Under the pieces are notes generated by a model that was not told the DNA's origin, did no database searches, and worked only from the letters and a program-made list of their open reading frames with translations. Below are positions 1 through 12,267 of a stretch of 42,365 nucleotides of DNA, piece after piece (position 1 is the stretch's first letter; the number at the start of each line of letters is the position of its first letter). The DNA comes from Octopus bimaculoides (lineage: Eukaryota). Location of the stretch: NCBI RefSeq assembly GCF_001194135.2, contig NC_069007.1, positions 21,737,238 to 21,779,602 of the forward strand, in the 5' to 3' direction. The position numbers and the translations under genes are program-made.

Positions 1-307
1 CATGGCTCGCACAGCTCTCACTAGCCATTCTTCTATCCCAAGTTTCCTCATTGACCACCAGATAAGGGATCGGGGGACCCTGTCAAAGGCTTTCTCCATG
101 TCAACGAAAGCCAGGTACAGAGGTTTATCCTTGGCTAGGTATTTCTCTTGCAACTGTCTCACTAGAAATAAGGCATCAGTAGTGCTTTTACCTGGCACGA
201 ACCCAAACTGCATCTCATCTAAATTGATTCGCTCCCTAATTAGTTGGGCTATGACCCTCTCTGTAACTTTCATAACCTGATCTAACAGCTTGATGCCTCT
301 GTAATTA
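1..307 (-). mobile_element. RTE-clade non-LTR retrotransposon, reverse transcriptase fragment
   Basis: Minus strand reads NYRGIKLLDQVMKVTERVIAQLIRERINLDEMQFGFVPGKSTTDALFLVRQLQEKYLAKDKPLYLAFVDMEKAFDRVPRSLIWWSMRKLGIEEWLVRAVRAM (YRGI, QFGF and FVD-EKAFD motifs). It runs off the window edge. Confidence 0.93.
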
Positions 308-729
308 TTTGTATATATATATATATGTATATGCATATATACACATACATTTACATATATACAGATATACATTATATATATAAGTATATATATCATATAT
401 GTGTGTAGGCATTGTGAGACCAATAACTCGATATAAAACTCAATATATGTATGTTTCAGAATGAAGTGTTGGCTGATAATAAATAGAGATTACAAAGGAA
501 TAAATGATTGTCTTAGGAACTTCAATGGCTTACAGCTGTTTCTGCCATAAGACACACTGGACTTGTAGTTGAGTACCTGAATAACACTTATAGCTTCATC
601 AGAGCCTTGAAGTTCATCAGATAATCATTTATTCATACAGCAGCACACCTTTGACCTCACTCTATCTTATTGTATATATATATATATGTGCGTGTTTAAT
701 GACAAGTCCCTTAACCCCTTGATGGTCGT

Positions 730-872
730 TGGGGCACTGCAGCCATGCATTTCTACAGCTGAGAGGTCTGGAGCAACATGGAGTGAAGTGTTTTGCTCAA
801 GAACAAAACGGATCGCCCGGTCCAGGAATCGAAACTGCAGTCTTACAGTCATAAATCCAACACCCTAACCAG
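730..872 (-). mobile_element. tRNA-derived SINE fragment
   Basis: Minus strand GGTTAGGGTGTTGG (A-box-like) and GTTTCGATTCC (B-box-like), followed by a SINE-type body. Confidence 0.65.
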
Positions 873-1039
873 AACTAGAGAACCTTTCAATGTTAATGTA
901 AAGAGACTTCATGTCTGTCTTTCAGATGAGAGAGCCTCAATGTGATGATCACTCAGCTTGCTAGAAATGGCAGTCAAATCTCTTTCATATTATACACTGC
1001 CAACCTGGAAAGAGAAGAGTGCATAGGAAAATTTAGTTT

Positions 1040-1355
1040 TAATCAGACAACTGAAGAAAGCCACCAAAGAGATAGGAATGGTAGCTGAAAACCAACTCAA
1101 GATGGTTGTGGTTGAAAAGAGACTGTAGTGGAACTCACCCACAGTTCTCATCGCCCCATTCAAATGAAGAGCACAGGCTAAGGAGTGAAATGTTTGTAAC
1201 CCTGAAATACCAACTGATGATACAGAAGGGTTTCTGATATTGCAATAGGTTCAAAAGATGAGCTTGCACTCCCTTTGTGTAGTTCCTGCAGTTTTTGTAT
1301 AGAGCAAAGTATCTCCGATGTTTACTTCACCCACAAGTATTGAAGTCGGTTTAAT
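1040..1355 (+). mobile_element. RLE-type (HERO-like) non-LTR element, C-terminus and 3' UTR remnant
   Basis: IRQLKKATKEIGMVAE, then after a frameshift SRWLWLKRD. This resembles the recalled AExASxWLWLKR terminus of HERO-type elements. Confidence 0.4.
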
Positions 1356-1367
1356 ATTCCTTTAAAG

Positions 1368-2005
1368 CAGCCATTCTCAACCTTTCTATTTTTCGTGGAC
1401 CCCTTTCATTATTATTTTATTCTGGTGCCACCCCTCTAGTTATTCGACGTTCAACCTTTTAGCATTCAAATTACTCTATCAAATGTAATGCTTATTTATT
1501 CAAATAGTTTTGAATTAATCATGCATTCTCTTGTAACTTTGAGATTTCAATGATGCGATTGTATAGTTTTAGAATAACATTGTAGAGTAAATGTGAGATG
1601 CCAGATCTGGCCAGTTTGAATATGAAAATATGAAACAGGTAGAATATTTTGGTCATGCATGGCTAAAGGATTAAAAACTAGTTTTGTAGATATGTTTTTT
1701 CAAAATTCCTGTATAGTCTTTCACATGTTTACCTGTGTAAGTTTACCAAAGCATTCTTTAAGAGAACATGTTTCAGTGGCTGGAAATAAATATGTGAAGC
1801 CATGTGAAACATTGGAGAAGGGAAGCCAAGCTGCTTCTTGCCATAAATACATACAAAAGCAAACTTTATTCCTGAACCCTAAAAATGCCACTGAAGGTCC
1901 TTGATTTACTAGTTTAATTGCATGGAGACCCGCCCCCTTCTATCCATCCACCCAAATCTTAGATGGACCTCAAGGGATCATATGGACCCTGGATGAGAAC
2001 CACTG
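1368..2005. mobile_element. hAT-type non-autonomous DNA transposon (MITE), 638 bp
   Basis: Ends CAGCCATTCTCAACC ... GGATGAGAACCACTG. Flanks CTTTAAAG (1360-1367) and CTTCAAAG (2006-2013) form an 8-bp TSD with one mismatch. Confidence 0.75.
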
Positions 2006-2348
2006 CTTCAAAGCATCTGAGATGTGAATGGAATTGTGACAGAAAGAGAAGAAGAAGGTCAAAGGGAGGAGGCAACACACCCCTCCCTCACCACCCTCCC
2101 TCACCGCCCTCTCCTCCTCCAATAAGGTTAACTAAAAGAAGTGGAATCACTTCTCAAAGGAAAAATGGGAGTTTGCATTCTCTTGTTATTAAATTAGTAC
2201 TTTTGCTCTTTGCTATGTTGACATTTAAACGGTTTGGCACTCTGGACCGTCTTCCCAGTTACAAAAAACGCCAGTCAATCCCAATGATTCAGTACAATAA
2301 TTATGATTGCCATGTGTACATGTATACCTAGACACATACAGATATGTT

Positions 2349-2349
<1 letters not shown>

Positions 2350-2390
<41 letters not shown>

Positions 2391-2531
2391 AATATTATTT
2401 ATATATATATATTAATATTTATATATATATTTATTGATATTTATACACACACATACACACTCACACACATACACACTCACACACATACACATAAACATGT
2501 ATATAAAAATAAATATGTATGTATATATGTA

Positions 2532-2603
<72 letters not shown>

Positions 2604-2670
2604 CACACAGAAATACATACACAGATAGAGTCAGAAAGGTACAGAAAAGTGTGTGTGTGTGTGTGCGTGT
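2350..2670. repeat. Compound (TA)n/(CA)n/(TG)n microsatellite
   Basis: Directly visible. Similar tracts occur throughout the window. Confidence 0.97.
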
Positions 2671-3494
2671 GTAAAGAGCAAGTGTAATAATATGACAAGA
2701 AATACCAGTTGAGCGCTGGGGTCCAATATAATCGACTTATCCCCTCCCCCTCCTGAAACTGCTGGCCTTGTGGTAATATTTGAAACCAATAATGTAAGAG
2801 AGAGAAAGAGGGGGAGAGGGAGAAGTGGTAGAGTTATGAATAATAAGAGAAATTATGAGGCTGTGATGAGGATGTGACAATAAACGAAGGCAGCTTCATC
2901 AGTGCAGTCGGCATGGCAACTGCAACACGAAGAGTGTGAAAGGCAGGGCACAGCTGACGGAGGAAAGCAGTGCTTGGTAAGGAGGTGGCATAATGAGTGG
3001 TGGTTGTAGGAGGATGAAATAAGGCATTGTTGTCGTTAGCGGTAAATGGTGGTGGTGGGTGTTTGAGTGAACAAGTTCAGAAGTGATGTTGTTGTTGTTT
3101 CTGTTGATGGTGGTGGTGGTGGTGGGGTAGTTATGCCCTGGGTCAGTCTTAAATGAAGAGATATGATCAAAAGCATTCCAGCCATGGCCATCCAATTTTT
3201 TTGGCATCTGTCATCACATATCTATGACATTAGAGTGTTATTTCAATTAATATGTAGCTAGTAATTTTAGCAGATCAAGCCACCATATTGAACACTGGTT
3301 TTCAACTGGGGTCCACATGGCCCTTGTGGGCCCATAAAATATTTTTTTGTTAATATTTATAAGCGATAAATCTAAGGCAGAAAGCTAACAGAATTATTAT
3401 CTTGCTGGACAAAATGCTTTCCATCTTTACATTCTGAGTTCAAATCCCGTCCACTTGTGACCAAGGAGGACCATTGCTGACCTTTAGAAACATT

Positions 3495-3807
3495 GTGCAC
3501 TCTAGGACTAACTTGTATTTTGCATTTGCGGCTCCATTGGTGGCTAATGAGCCCTGCTCTTGACAAGCATACACAACTGCAAACATTGCAAACCAAGCTT
3601 GTGCACCATTGCCTCAATACTGAAAATATCAGCTGTCTTCAGGATGTGTGTGTCTGGAGTTTTTAAGGTTCAGCCAACATTCAGAATGTGTCTCAGACAT
3701 CTCTGATGACAGCTTTCAAGGACCCTTACATGACGTTTGTAAAGGGTCCATGTCTCACATGAGTAAAGGAGCGATGCCAGTACACATGCACGGTACACAG
3801 CAATTTT
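3495..3807 (-). pseudogene. RTE LINE ORF C-terminal remnant with an internal deletion
   Basis: KIAVYRACVLASLLYSCETWTLYKRHVRVLESCHQRCLRHILNVG*TLKTPDTHILKTADIFSIEAMVHK, joined out of frame to a terminal CNVCSCVCLSRAGLISH zinc-finger-like segment. Confidence 0.85.
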
Positions 3808-3959
3808 TGTTTGCTTTGTGATTGCCTGCGATTTTATTTTTGATCTTCTATATAAATGAAGACATTTCCTCCGTCTGGCTGTTTTTCTCTCTACAAAATG
3901 GAAAGTTACATTGTGGAACAGTCATTTTAATGAGTTATATTTATTTATTTATCACCCAA

Positions 3960-4085
3960 CGAGATACATCTGCACCACCGGATGCTCCTGAACCAGTTGC
4001 TGAGTGTCCCACCCAAGAGGAATCAATGCTGGATGTGTCGAAACAATGGTCGTGATTAACAATAAATTCTCGTATATTCCATCTT
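3960..4085 (+). mobile_element. Penelope-like pseudo-LTR remnant, copy 1
   Basis: Homologous to 13615-13740 (opposite strand); GTCGAAAC-N4-GTC followed by AATAAA. Confidence 0.5.
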
Positions 4086-4724
4086 CTGTTTTTCATTTGT
4101 TATACACCCAACGATCGCTATGAAAGTGACTGTGCTTTACCAGTAAGCTACCAGGGGTTAAACCATTCATTTTATTATCTATATCAATATATATATACAC
4201 ACACACACACACACACTCACATACACATGTATGTATATCTGGAATAACTATATGAATCATGTATGTATGTATGTATGTATGTATGATTGTGTGAATGTTT
4301 GTATGTAAGTATGTATACATGTATACACATGTATAAAGCTCTCCAGAGCTGGCCTACCAAAATACAAAGCCAGCAACATCGGTTAATATGCAAATATATC
4401 TTAACGATTAGTTTGCACATGCATGTATATGGATCCACCTGTGTGTGTGTGTGTATGTACATGCATATTTATAGGCATATATCTCTATGTGTACGCATGT
4501 ATATCCATATGCGTGTCTGTGACCAGAAAAGTGTAACTAATAAAAGACAAGACAGAGAGAAACTGAATAGGAAAAGAGAGGAAGATATTGGCTTCGTTGG
4601 TTGCAGCCTTTGTTACACCAGCACAATTGTCTCCTGATGACACAAGCAATATAATGTCAATTCAATATAAATTCAATCTAACTACTGTTTCCTCCTGTAC
4701 TGGCATGTCTTGTTTTTTATCTTT

Positions 4725-5235
4725 TAATTATTTCACTCGTTGGATAGTGGCCATGCTGGGGCACTGCCTTGAATGGTTTTAGTTGAACAAATTGTCTCCA
4801 GGACTTACTTTTTTTTGTTTTTAATGCCTAGTACTTATTCTCTCGGTCTCTTTTGCTGAACTGCTAGGTTACAGAGAGGTAAGCAAAGCAACAGTGGTTG
4901 TCGAGTCATGGGTGGGGTAGCCAAACACAAGCACAAAAGACACACAGACATGCACACACACACACAAACATACATACATACACACACACATGCACAATCA
5001 ACCCCAAGACTTTTTTTAAGCCTAGTATGTATTCTATTGGACTCTTTTGCTGAACTGTTAGTTACGAGGGACGTAAACACACCAACACCAGTTGTCAAGC
5101 AGAAATGGGGAGGGGGGGACAAATACAAAGACACACAGAGAGATATATACACACACACACACACACACACATGCACGCAAACACAAACACACACACATAT
5201 AAAATGAGCTTCTTTCAGTTTCCATCTACCCTGGG
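4725..5235 (-). mobile_element. SINE family A copy with a duplicated 3' module
   Basis: The gcctagta...ctcttttgctgaactg...gttgtc module occurs twice (about 4825-4905 and 5020-5100), followed by a (CA)n tract and gcttctttcagtttccatctacc. Confidence 0.8.
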
Positions 5236-5589
5236 ATACCTGCAGACAATATGGAAAGCTTTACAACATTGTGATGGATTTAGAAGAGTTTTCAAAACCT
5301 CTGAGAAGCTTCTGCAGTTTCTGCAAGATATAAAGCATCTTCAATGTTTATTTTACCAATATATGTCTGTCTGTGTGTCGTTATTCAGATTTATTTCAAG
5401 ATTTCTTGCCAATAAAGAAGGAACCGGTTTCTAACCTAGATCGAAGGCTCCTTCATTGGAATTTCAACATCAACAGAGTATTTTTGTATGTATATATGTA
5501 TGTATATGTGAAAATTTGTATGTTTTGCTTTGTGTATGCATTCTCATTCATATAGTTGCATATCTAGACATGTTCTTATATATTTAAAT

Positions 5590-5950
5590 GTTAAACTTCT
5601 GGAAAGGTTTACAGACTTTTACAGTTCCAGTGATGCTTGAATCTGTAGTCCACAAATCAACTCTTTTCTGGTTTTGAGAAGCATAATTTCTCAAGATTGG
5701 CATTTAGACTGTGTGTTACATATCCTAGTACCCCAATAATTACAGCTATAAAACCTGAACTTGTAATCTGGATAGAGTAGCTGTAGATTCCTCGATAGTT
5801 CAGCATAGGTATTTTCTTTTTCGCTGATCTTCAGCTTTATGTTAACATCCACTGGGCAACTGATTTCCACAGCTGTACACACTTTCTCTTCTATGTCCCA
5901 AATCACTATGTCAGGTCTATTATGTTTACATTTTATTGAGGTCTTCACTG
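5590..5950 (-). pseudogene. Restriction-like endonuclease domain of an R4/R2-group non-LTR retrotransposon
   Basis: KHNRPDIVIWDIEEKVCTAVEISCPVDVNIKLKISEKENTYAELSRNLQLLYPDYKF, then after a frameshift IAVIIGVLGYV. Matches the PD-(D/E)xK-type RPD...E...P.D.N...K...K...Y signature. Confidence 0.85.
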
Positions 5951-6468
5951 GGACATTCCACTAGTACTCCTTTTTATTATGTATGTCTATGTATGTATGT
6001 ATTGGTATTACTTATGATCAATGATGCTTCACCTGTGACCATCCCAAGTATTTTCTACGAGCAGGGATATGTTGGATACCACATTATCCAACATGTCCTT
6101 GTTTCCTGGGGCAACGATTTTAGGTACATTTGGCTCATTTTTCTAGCAGATCTGGAGACTACGTAGAGGTTTTCCTACTAGCTTGTTGCTGTATGGATGA
6201 GAGATTTGTGTGTGTGTATGTGTATGAATGTGGTCTATTTAAGTGTGTATGTGTGATTATATGATGGTGTATATGTTTGTGTGCGGATGCATGCGTCTGT
6301 GTGTGTGTATGTGTGTATGTGTGTTAAGTTTCCTGCATTAATGCGGATGCGACATAGATGTGTGAATGTGTCATCCAATCTGTGTGTATGTATATATCTG
6401 TGATTGCATGTACATGTATATTCATATATTTGTATAAACGTATGACATTTGTGTGCGTGTGTGATGTG

Positions 6469-6501
<33 letters not shown>

Positions 6502-6524
6502 ATATATATGAATATGCGGGTTAT

Positions 6525-6592
6525 CTATCTATCTATCTATCTATTTGTCTATCTACCTCTGTCTACCTATCAAATCGATCGATCGTTTTGTT

Positions 6593-6639
<47 letters not shown>

Positions 6640-6715
6640 GTCTGTCTATCTGTCTGTCTATCTGTCTCTGTCTACCTATAAAATCGATCAATCGTTTTGT
6701 CTATCTGTCTGTAGA
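6525..6715. repeat. (CTAT)n/(CT)n/(CTGT)n microsatellite block (similar blocks at 8418-8540 and 14855-15060)
   Basis: Directly visible. The 14855-15060 block contains an 81-bp direct duplication (catttaccaac at 14930 and 15011). Confidence 0.95.
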
Positions 6716-7400
6716 TATTCTAAGATCAAATATATATATGTCTGAAACAATTCTTCACAATTTTCCTGCAAACTCATCAAAATTATTATTATTTTTTTTT
6801 CAAGTAATTTTCCATTTCTTTCTGCCACGTTATTCGGATCACTTAATTCCGTNNNNNNNNNNNNNNNNNNNNNNNNNNNNNNNNNNNNNNNNNNNNNNNN
6901 NNNNNNNNNNNNNNNNNNNNNNNNNNNNNNNNNNNNNNNNNNNNNNNNNNNNNNNNNNNNNNNNNNNNNNNNNNNNNNNNNNNNNNNNNNNNNNNNNNNN
7001 NNNNNNNNNNNNNNNNNNNNNNNNNNNNNNNNNNNNNNNNNNNNNNNNNNNNNNNNNNNNNNNNNNNNNNNNNNNNNNNNNNNNNNNNNNNNNNNNNNNN
7101 NNNNNNNNNNNNNNNNNNNNNNNNNNNNNNNNNNNNNNNNNNNNNNNNNNNNNNNNNNNNNNNNNNNNNNNNNNNNNNNNNNNNNNNNNNNNNNNNNNNN
7201 NNNNNNNNNNNNNNNNNNNNNNNNNNNNNNNNNNNNNNNNNNNNNNNNNNNNNNNNNNNNNNNNNNNNNNNNNNNNNNNNNNNNNNNNNNNNNNNNNNNN
7301 NNNNNNNNNNNNNNNNNNNNNNNNNNNNNNNNNNNNNNNNNNNNNNNNNNNNNNNNNNNNNNNNNNNNNNNNNNNNNNNNNNNNNNNNNNNNNNNNNNNN

Positions 7401-7441
<41 letters not shown>

Positions 7442-7687
7442 TAGAGGCTTTCAATGGCGGTGTTTTTTTATTGTTTTTTTAACAGAAGCTACCTGAGTTT
7501 CGTAAAATTCAGTCAATGTTTCATAAGCGAAAACTGACAATTATTTTAAAATTAAGAAGTATATATATCAATAAACGGAGAATTCGTTGAAACTTTATAA
7601 ACAGAAGCGACTGAAATCACAAATAAAAAGTAAAATTTACTATTAACTGCTTCAACATTGATTAGCAACCATATTCTTTTTTATTTT

Positions 7688-7721
<34 letters not shown>

Positions 7722-8415
7722 AATATATATATATAAAAGTTACACGTGAGGTTTTTAAAATATCGTTTTCTGATATGAAACGTGTGCTTTATAAGAAAAT
7801 AATCATAAGGAGTTTTGAAGTTCATAGCTTGCGATAGAAGGCATTAGCGGTGCAAATCAAAACAGCTCGGCTGGAGGAAACAATAAAAGAAAAATCGAAA
7901 CACTGTCGTGCATTCGGTTTATTCGTTGCAAACTTAGACAAGGCAAATTATATAAAGAAAAGAAATAAACCAAAAGCGCGCGCGCATGTATGTATCTGTG
8001 CGTATGTTCGTGCGTGTGTCTGTGTACTTGTGTGTATGGATGTAAATAGATGTGTGTGTGTTTGTGTGCGTCCTTATATGTATGTAAATAGTTATATATG
8101 TATGTGTGAGTGTATGTATGTAAATATGTGTGTGTTCGTGTTTTGTGTGTATATGGATATGAGTGTGTGCGCGCATACAAGCGTGTCTCTGTAAGTTGGT
8201 GCGAGTCTATGTATTGCGTGTATGTATACATGTATGCATACAAGTGCGCGTTTATATATAGATGTCTATCATATATATGTTTATATATATAAGTATACAC
8301 TTGTATGGATATATGTGTGTGCATGTGTAAATACATTCAATGTAGCCATGTTGACAATAATCATTTTTTAATAAAATCATTGATTATGTCATATACTACA
8401 TGTAATGTGTCACTA

Positions 8416-8448
<33 letters not shown>

Positions 8449-9309
8449 GCTGTCCGTCTATCTACCTAGATACCCACCTATCCATTTACCAATCTGTCTT
8501 ATCTGTCTATCTATCTGTCTATCTATCTATCTATCTATCTTCCGAACCCCGATGAGACTCCCACAGGTCAATGTGCGTTATTGCTTCCAGCTCCCACAAT
8601 AATTATTTACTGTAAGGTTGTCTGTACACATACAAACACGAAGAGATAGATAGATAGATATATGTATGTATATATGTACATATACTTACACACACACACA
8701 CGCTCACAGACAATACGAGAGGAAAAAATAGAGTAGAAGAAAAAAGAAATTATGGAGTTGCACATGAAATACAAACAATCGATGGCGAAAAGACAGAAGA
8801 GAGGGAAAATATCTGTAAATAAACATAATTTGTTTATTCTTTGTTCATTCGAAGAAATCTTCATTTCCGCCGAGGACTGAACTTTTATATGAAGTGTAAT
8901 CAAGATTAGCTGCTTCAAGCCCAGAGTCAAACCATTTATTTAATTTCGTTTATTATATCATTTCATCGTTCAATGGTTTCATCAGGAGAGAAAGGGCAGT
9001 GTTCATGAGCCCTTTCTGTCCCCTTTTTACCATTTTCTTTTCGTGAAGGGATTCCGAGAGTTGTAAGGAAGAAATGCAGAACAATCCACGACTCAAGAAC
9101 CCTTCACCAACCGGTGACCCTGACTGAAAACCTGAAGCGGAGTGGATAGGATTGCATTTAAGGGTCAGGTTGTTGTGTTAAGGGTTCAAACTCAAACTCA
9201 ATCAAAGGCAATCTTTTTCAAGAAGCGGGTTGCATGAGACACGGTTCATCATTAGGTGGACAGCATGAATAAAAATATTAATTTCAGATTTTGGCAGATC
9301 AGTAATTTC

Positions 9310-9490
9310 GGAGGAGGGGGGGTAAGTCAATTTGATTGTCCCCAGTGCTCGACTGGTTCTTATTTTATCAACCCCGAATGGATGAAAGGCAATGTTGACC
9401 TCAGAGGAATTTGAACTCAAAACGTAAAGAACGAAATGCCCCTCTGCATTTTGTCCGGCGTTATAACGATTCTGTCACCGCGCCGCCTTT
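9310..9490 (-). mobile_element. SINE family B copy
   Basis: ggatgaaaggcaa...gacctc...ggaatttgaactca, the reverse of a tRNA-like head plus body that recurs more than 8 times in the window. Confidence 0.85.
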
Positions 9491-9847
9491 GCATTGCTAA
9501 AAATATTCAAGATATTCTCTTAGGTGTGCAATTCACAAAGTCCTGCAAGCCGCATTTTTTTTTTTTTTTTTTTTTTTGCCATGACTGGATTAAATAGTGC
9601 GATAGGATCGAATCGCACTGATCGCATCCTTTGTGAAAGAAATGGTTTGATCGTTACTCATCAAATGACCCTTTATCTAAAACAAGATATAGTTCCGGAA
9701 ACTCCCTTCATTTTGGGAGCTTGTGGTTAATTTTCATACATTAAATTCCCTCCTATCCAGAACTACAGGAACCAAAAGGTTGCTGGATAACTGAATTTTC
9801 TGGATATCTGATCAGCGCATTTTAATTTACCATAGCACCTCACAAAA

Positions 9848-9882
<35 letters not shown>

Positions 9883-9944
9883 CACCAGTATTATCTTTGA
9901 TTTCAAATTTTGGTACGCGGGCAGCAAATTCGTGGAAAATGGGA

Positions 9945-10095
9945 AAGCCAATTACATCGATCCCAGTTCTTAACTGGTACTTATTTTACCGATTCCGAAC
10001 GGATGAAAGGCAAAGCGGAATTTAAACTCAGTTGGACAAAATGCTGCCAAGCATTTTGCTCAGCGCAGTAGCGATGCTCTCAGCTCGCTGCCTTG
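9945..10095 (-). mobile_element. SINE family B copy
   Basis: Same family motif (actggtacttattttacc...ggatgaaaggcaaag). Confidence 0.85.
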
Positions 10096-10607
10096 TCATC
10101 AGTATTATCATTAATATTCTAAATATTAACTAAAACTGAGAGAAATAGGAATAAACACGAATATAATTTAAGTAAAGAAGTTTTATTCACCTAATAAAAT
10201 ACAGTTACTGTAAACGCAGAATAAAATACTTCGAGAAGCAACGATCCATTTTGGATACGGTAGAAACTTGCTTTTAACGACAATTAATTAACACAAATAA
10301 TTCTCTTAATTAATTAGTAAGACTTTCCTTTTATTTTTCCAGGTGTCGGTTGAATATTTGAGTATCGGATAAGAGGGTGTCTACTATAGAATTTTCCCGC
10401 TTTATAGCGATGGAAACGACCGAACATCCCGATTGCTGTTTCTTTTTTTTTTCACCTTTAATCTCTTTAGAGTATTTAAGAACTTCCCTGCTAGAGTAAT
10501 TTTCTTGTTACTGACCCACAAGCAGCCAGCTTACAAACCAGGAAGTGTCTTCTTTACAAAGTACATTTGCTACACTTGCATTCCATTTACACATGATACA
10601 CAGCACT

Positions 10608-10643
<36 letters not shown>

Positions 10644-11223
10644 CTAGCACTAAGGTATCTTGAGGNNNNNNNNNNNNNNNNNNNNNNNNNNNNNNNNNNN
10701 NNNNNNNNNNNNNNNNNNNNNNNNNNNNNNNNNNNNNNNNNNNNNNNNNNNNNNNNNNNNNNNNNNNNNNNNNNNNNNNNNNNNNNNNNNNNNNNNNNNN
10801 NNNNNNNNNNNNNNNNNNNNNNNNNNNNNNNNNNTATATATATATATTGTGTGTGTGTTAGAAAGAAAGCTTGAGCAAGCAAAACTTGTGGCATCACTTA
10901 AGAGCTTGTAATTTATAATTCAAACGTAATAACAAAATAGTTTGAATAAATAAGGGATTTAGAAATAATGCTTAAAGTCACTAATGTGTGTGTGTGTGTG
11001 TGTGTGTGCGTATATATTTGTATATATATGTACACATACATTATGTCTATACACACGCACCTGTTTTCTGGGGAGGGTCATTTGTCAATAATAAACACAC
11101 ACTGGTTTTTATTCACTTCTTATTTGTTAGTCAACAAGTTAATCAATTAACCACTTAACTAATCGATTGCCATTGCCTGAGTAATCGTTCGATCAATCAA
11201 TCAATCAATCACTCGGCTTGGTT

Positions 11224-11266
11224 TGTCAGAGTCCTTTCGTCGCCATTCACGACCTCATCAATGACA
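11224..11266 (-). ncRNA. Candidate minimal type I hammerhead ribozyme (C3U variant)
   Basis: TGTCA-TTGATGA-G-GTCGT(GAATG)GCGAC-GAAA-G(GA)CTC-TGACA: stems I, II and III all pair around the conserved core. Confidence 0.5.
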
Positions 11267-12230
11267 GGCTGCTGTCTTTATGCCCAGTCTGTCTCGTTTG
11301 CCTCCAAACCTTGATGTATTTTATACATTTTGGGGGAAATGTGTGTTTATGATAGTATATATGTGTGTGAGGGACGCATATCTGGTTCGTTTTATTTTCT
11401 TTTTACCAGGTTGTGTGTGTGTTCAGTCGTTTTTGTTGCTTTGCTAGTATTTTCACGACTGTCTGTACCTTCATTTCTAATTACCTCTTAAATATCGAGT
11501 AAATAAAGTATTCATTCATAAACGTGCTGATCCACCGTTACTTACACACACATGTACAATGTTCTACATAAATAAATATCCATGTGCTACAAACGTACTT
11601 ATCTTCGAAGACATACATATATACACACACACAAACATGGATGCACGCACATATACATTCAAACACACACAGCCACATATAAGCACACACAAACCTTTAC
11701 ATGCTCTCGGGTCTTGAGTCACCGTAATTTCTGCCGATTATTAATTAAAACAAAAAAAGCAGGTGTAGATAGATAGAAAAAAAAAAAAAACACGCACACA
11801 CACATATATATATATTTTGAGTTCTACTTTCCTGTTTGCACCACCAAACACATATGTATGTATATATATATATATGTGTATATATATNNNNNNNNNNNNN
11901 NNNNNNNNNNNNNNNNNNNNNNNNNNNNNNNNNNNNNNNNNNNNNNNNNNNNNNNNNNNNNNNNNNNNNNNNNNNNNNNNNNNNNNNNNNNNNNNNNNNN
12001 NNNNNNNNNNNNNNNNNNNNNNNNNNNNNNNNNNNNNNNNNNNNNNNNNNNNNNNNNNNNNNNNNNNNNNNNNNNNNNNNNNNNNNNNNNNNNNNNNNNN
12101 NNNNNNNNNNNNATACAAGAATCATGCCAGCATAGGCACAAGGAGAGCGGAGCACAGTGGACCGCATTCGACCGCGGTATGTGACAAGCACCTTGTCCCT
12201 CCATCTCGCACCTTGATACGTGTGTGTGTG

Positions 12231-12267
<37 letters not shown>

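Noticed and set aside
1199-1230. GAAA...CTGATGA as a type II hammerhead
   Set aside because: Only 6 nt separate the motifs, too few for stems III and I.
3822-4055. ORF ending DTSAPPDAPEPVAECPTQEESMLDVSKQWS as a terminal exon
   Set aside because: The acceptor would be a poor GAG, and the segment is homologous to a dispersed repeat at 13615-13740.
8549-8580. Hammerhead-like CCGATGA-GAC...GTC
   Set aside because: There is no GAAA after stem II and no stem I.
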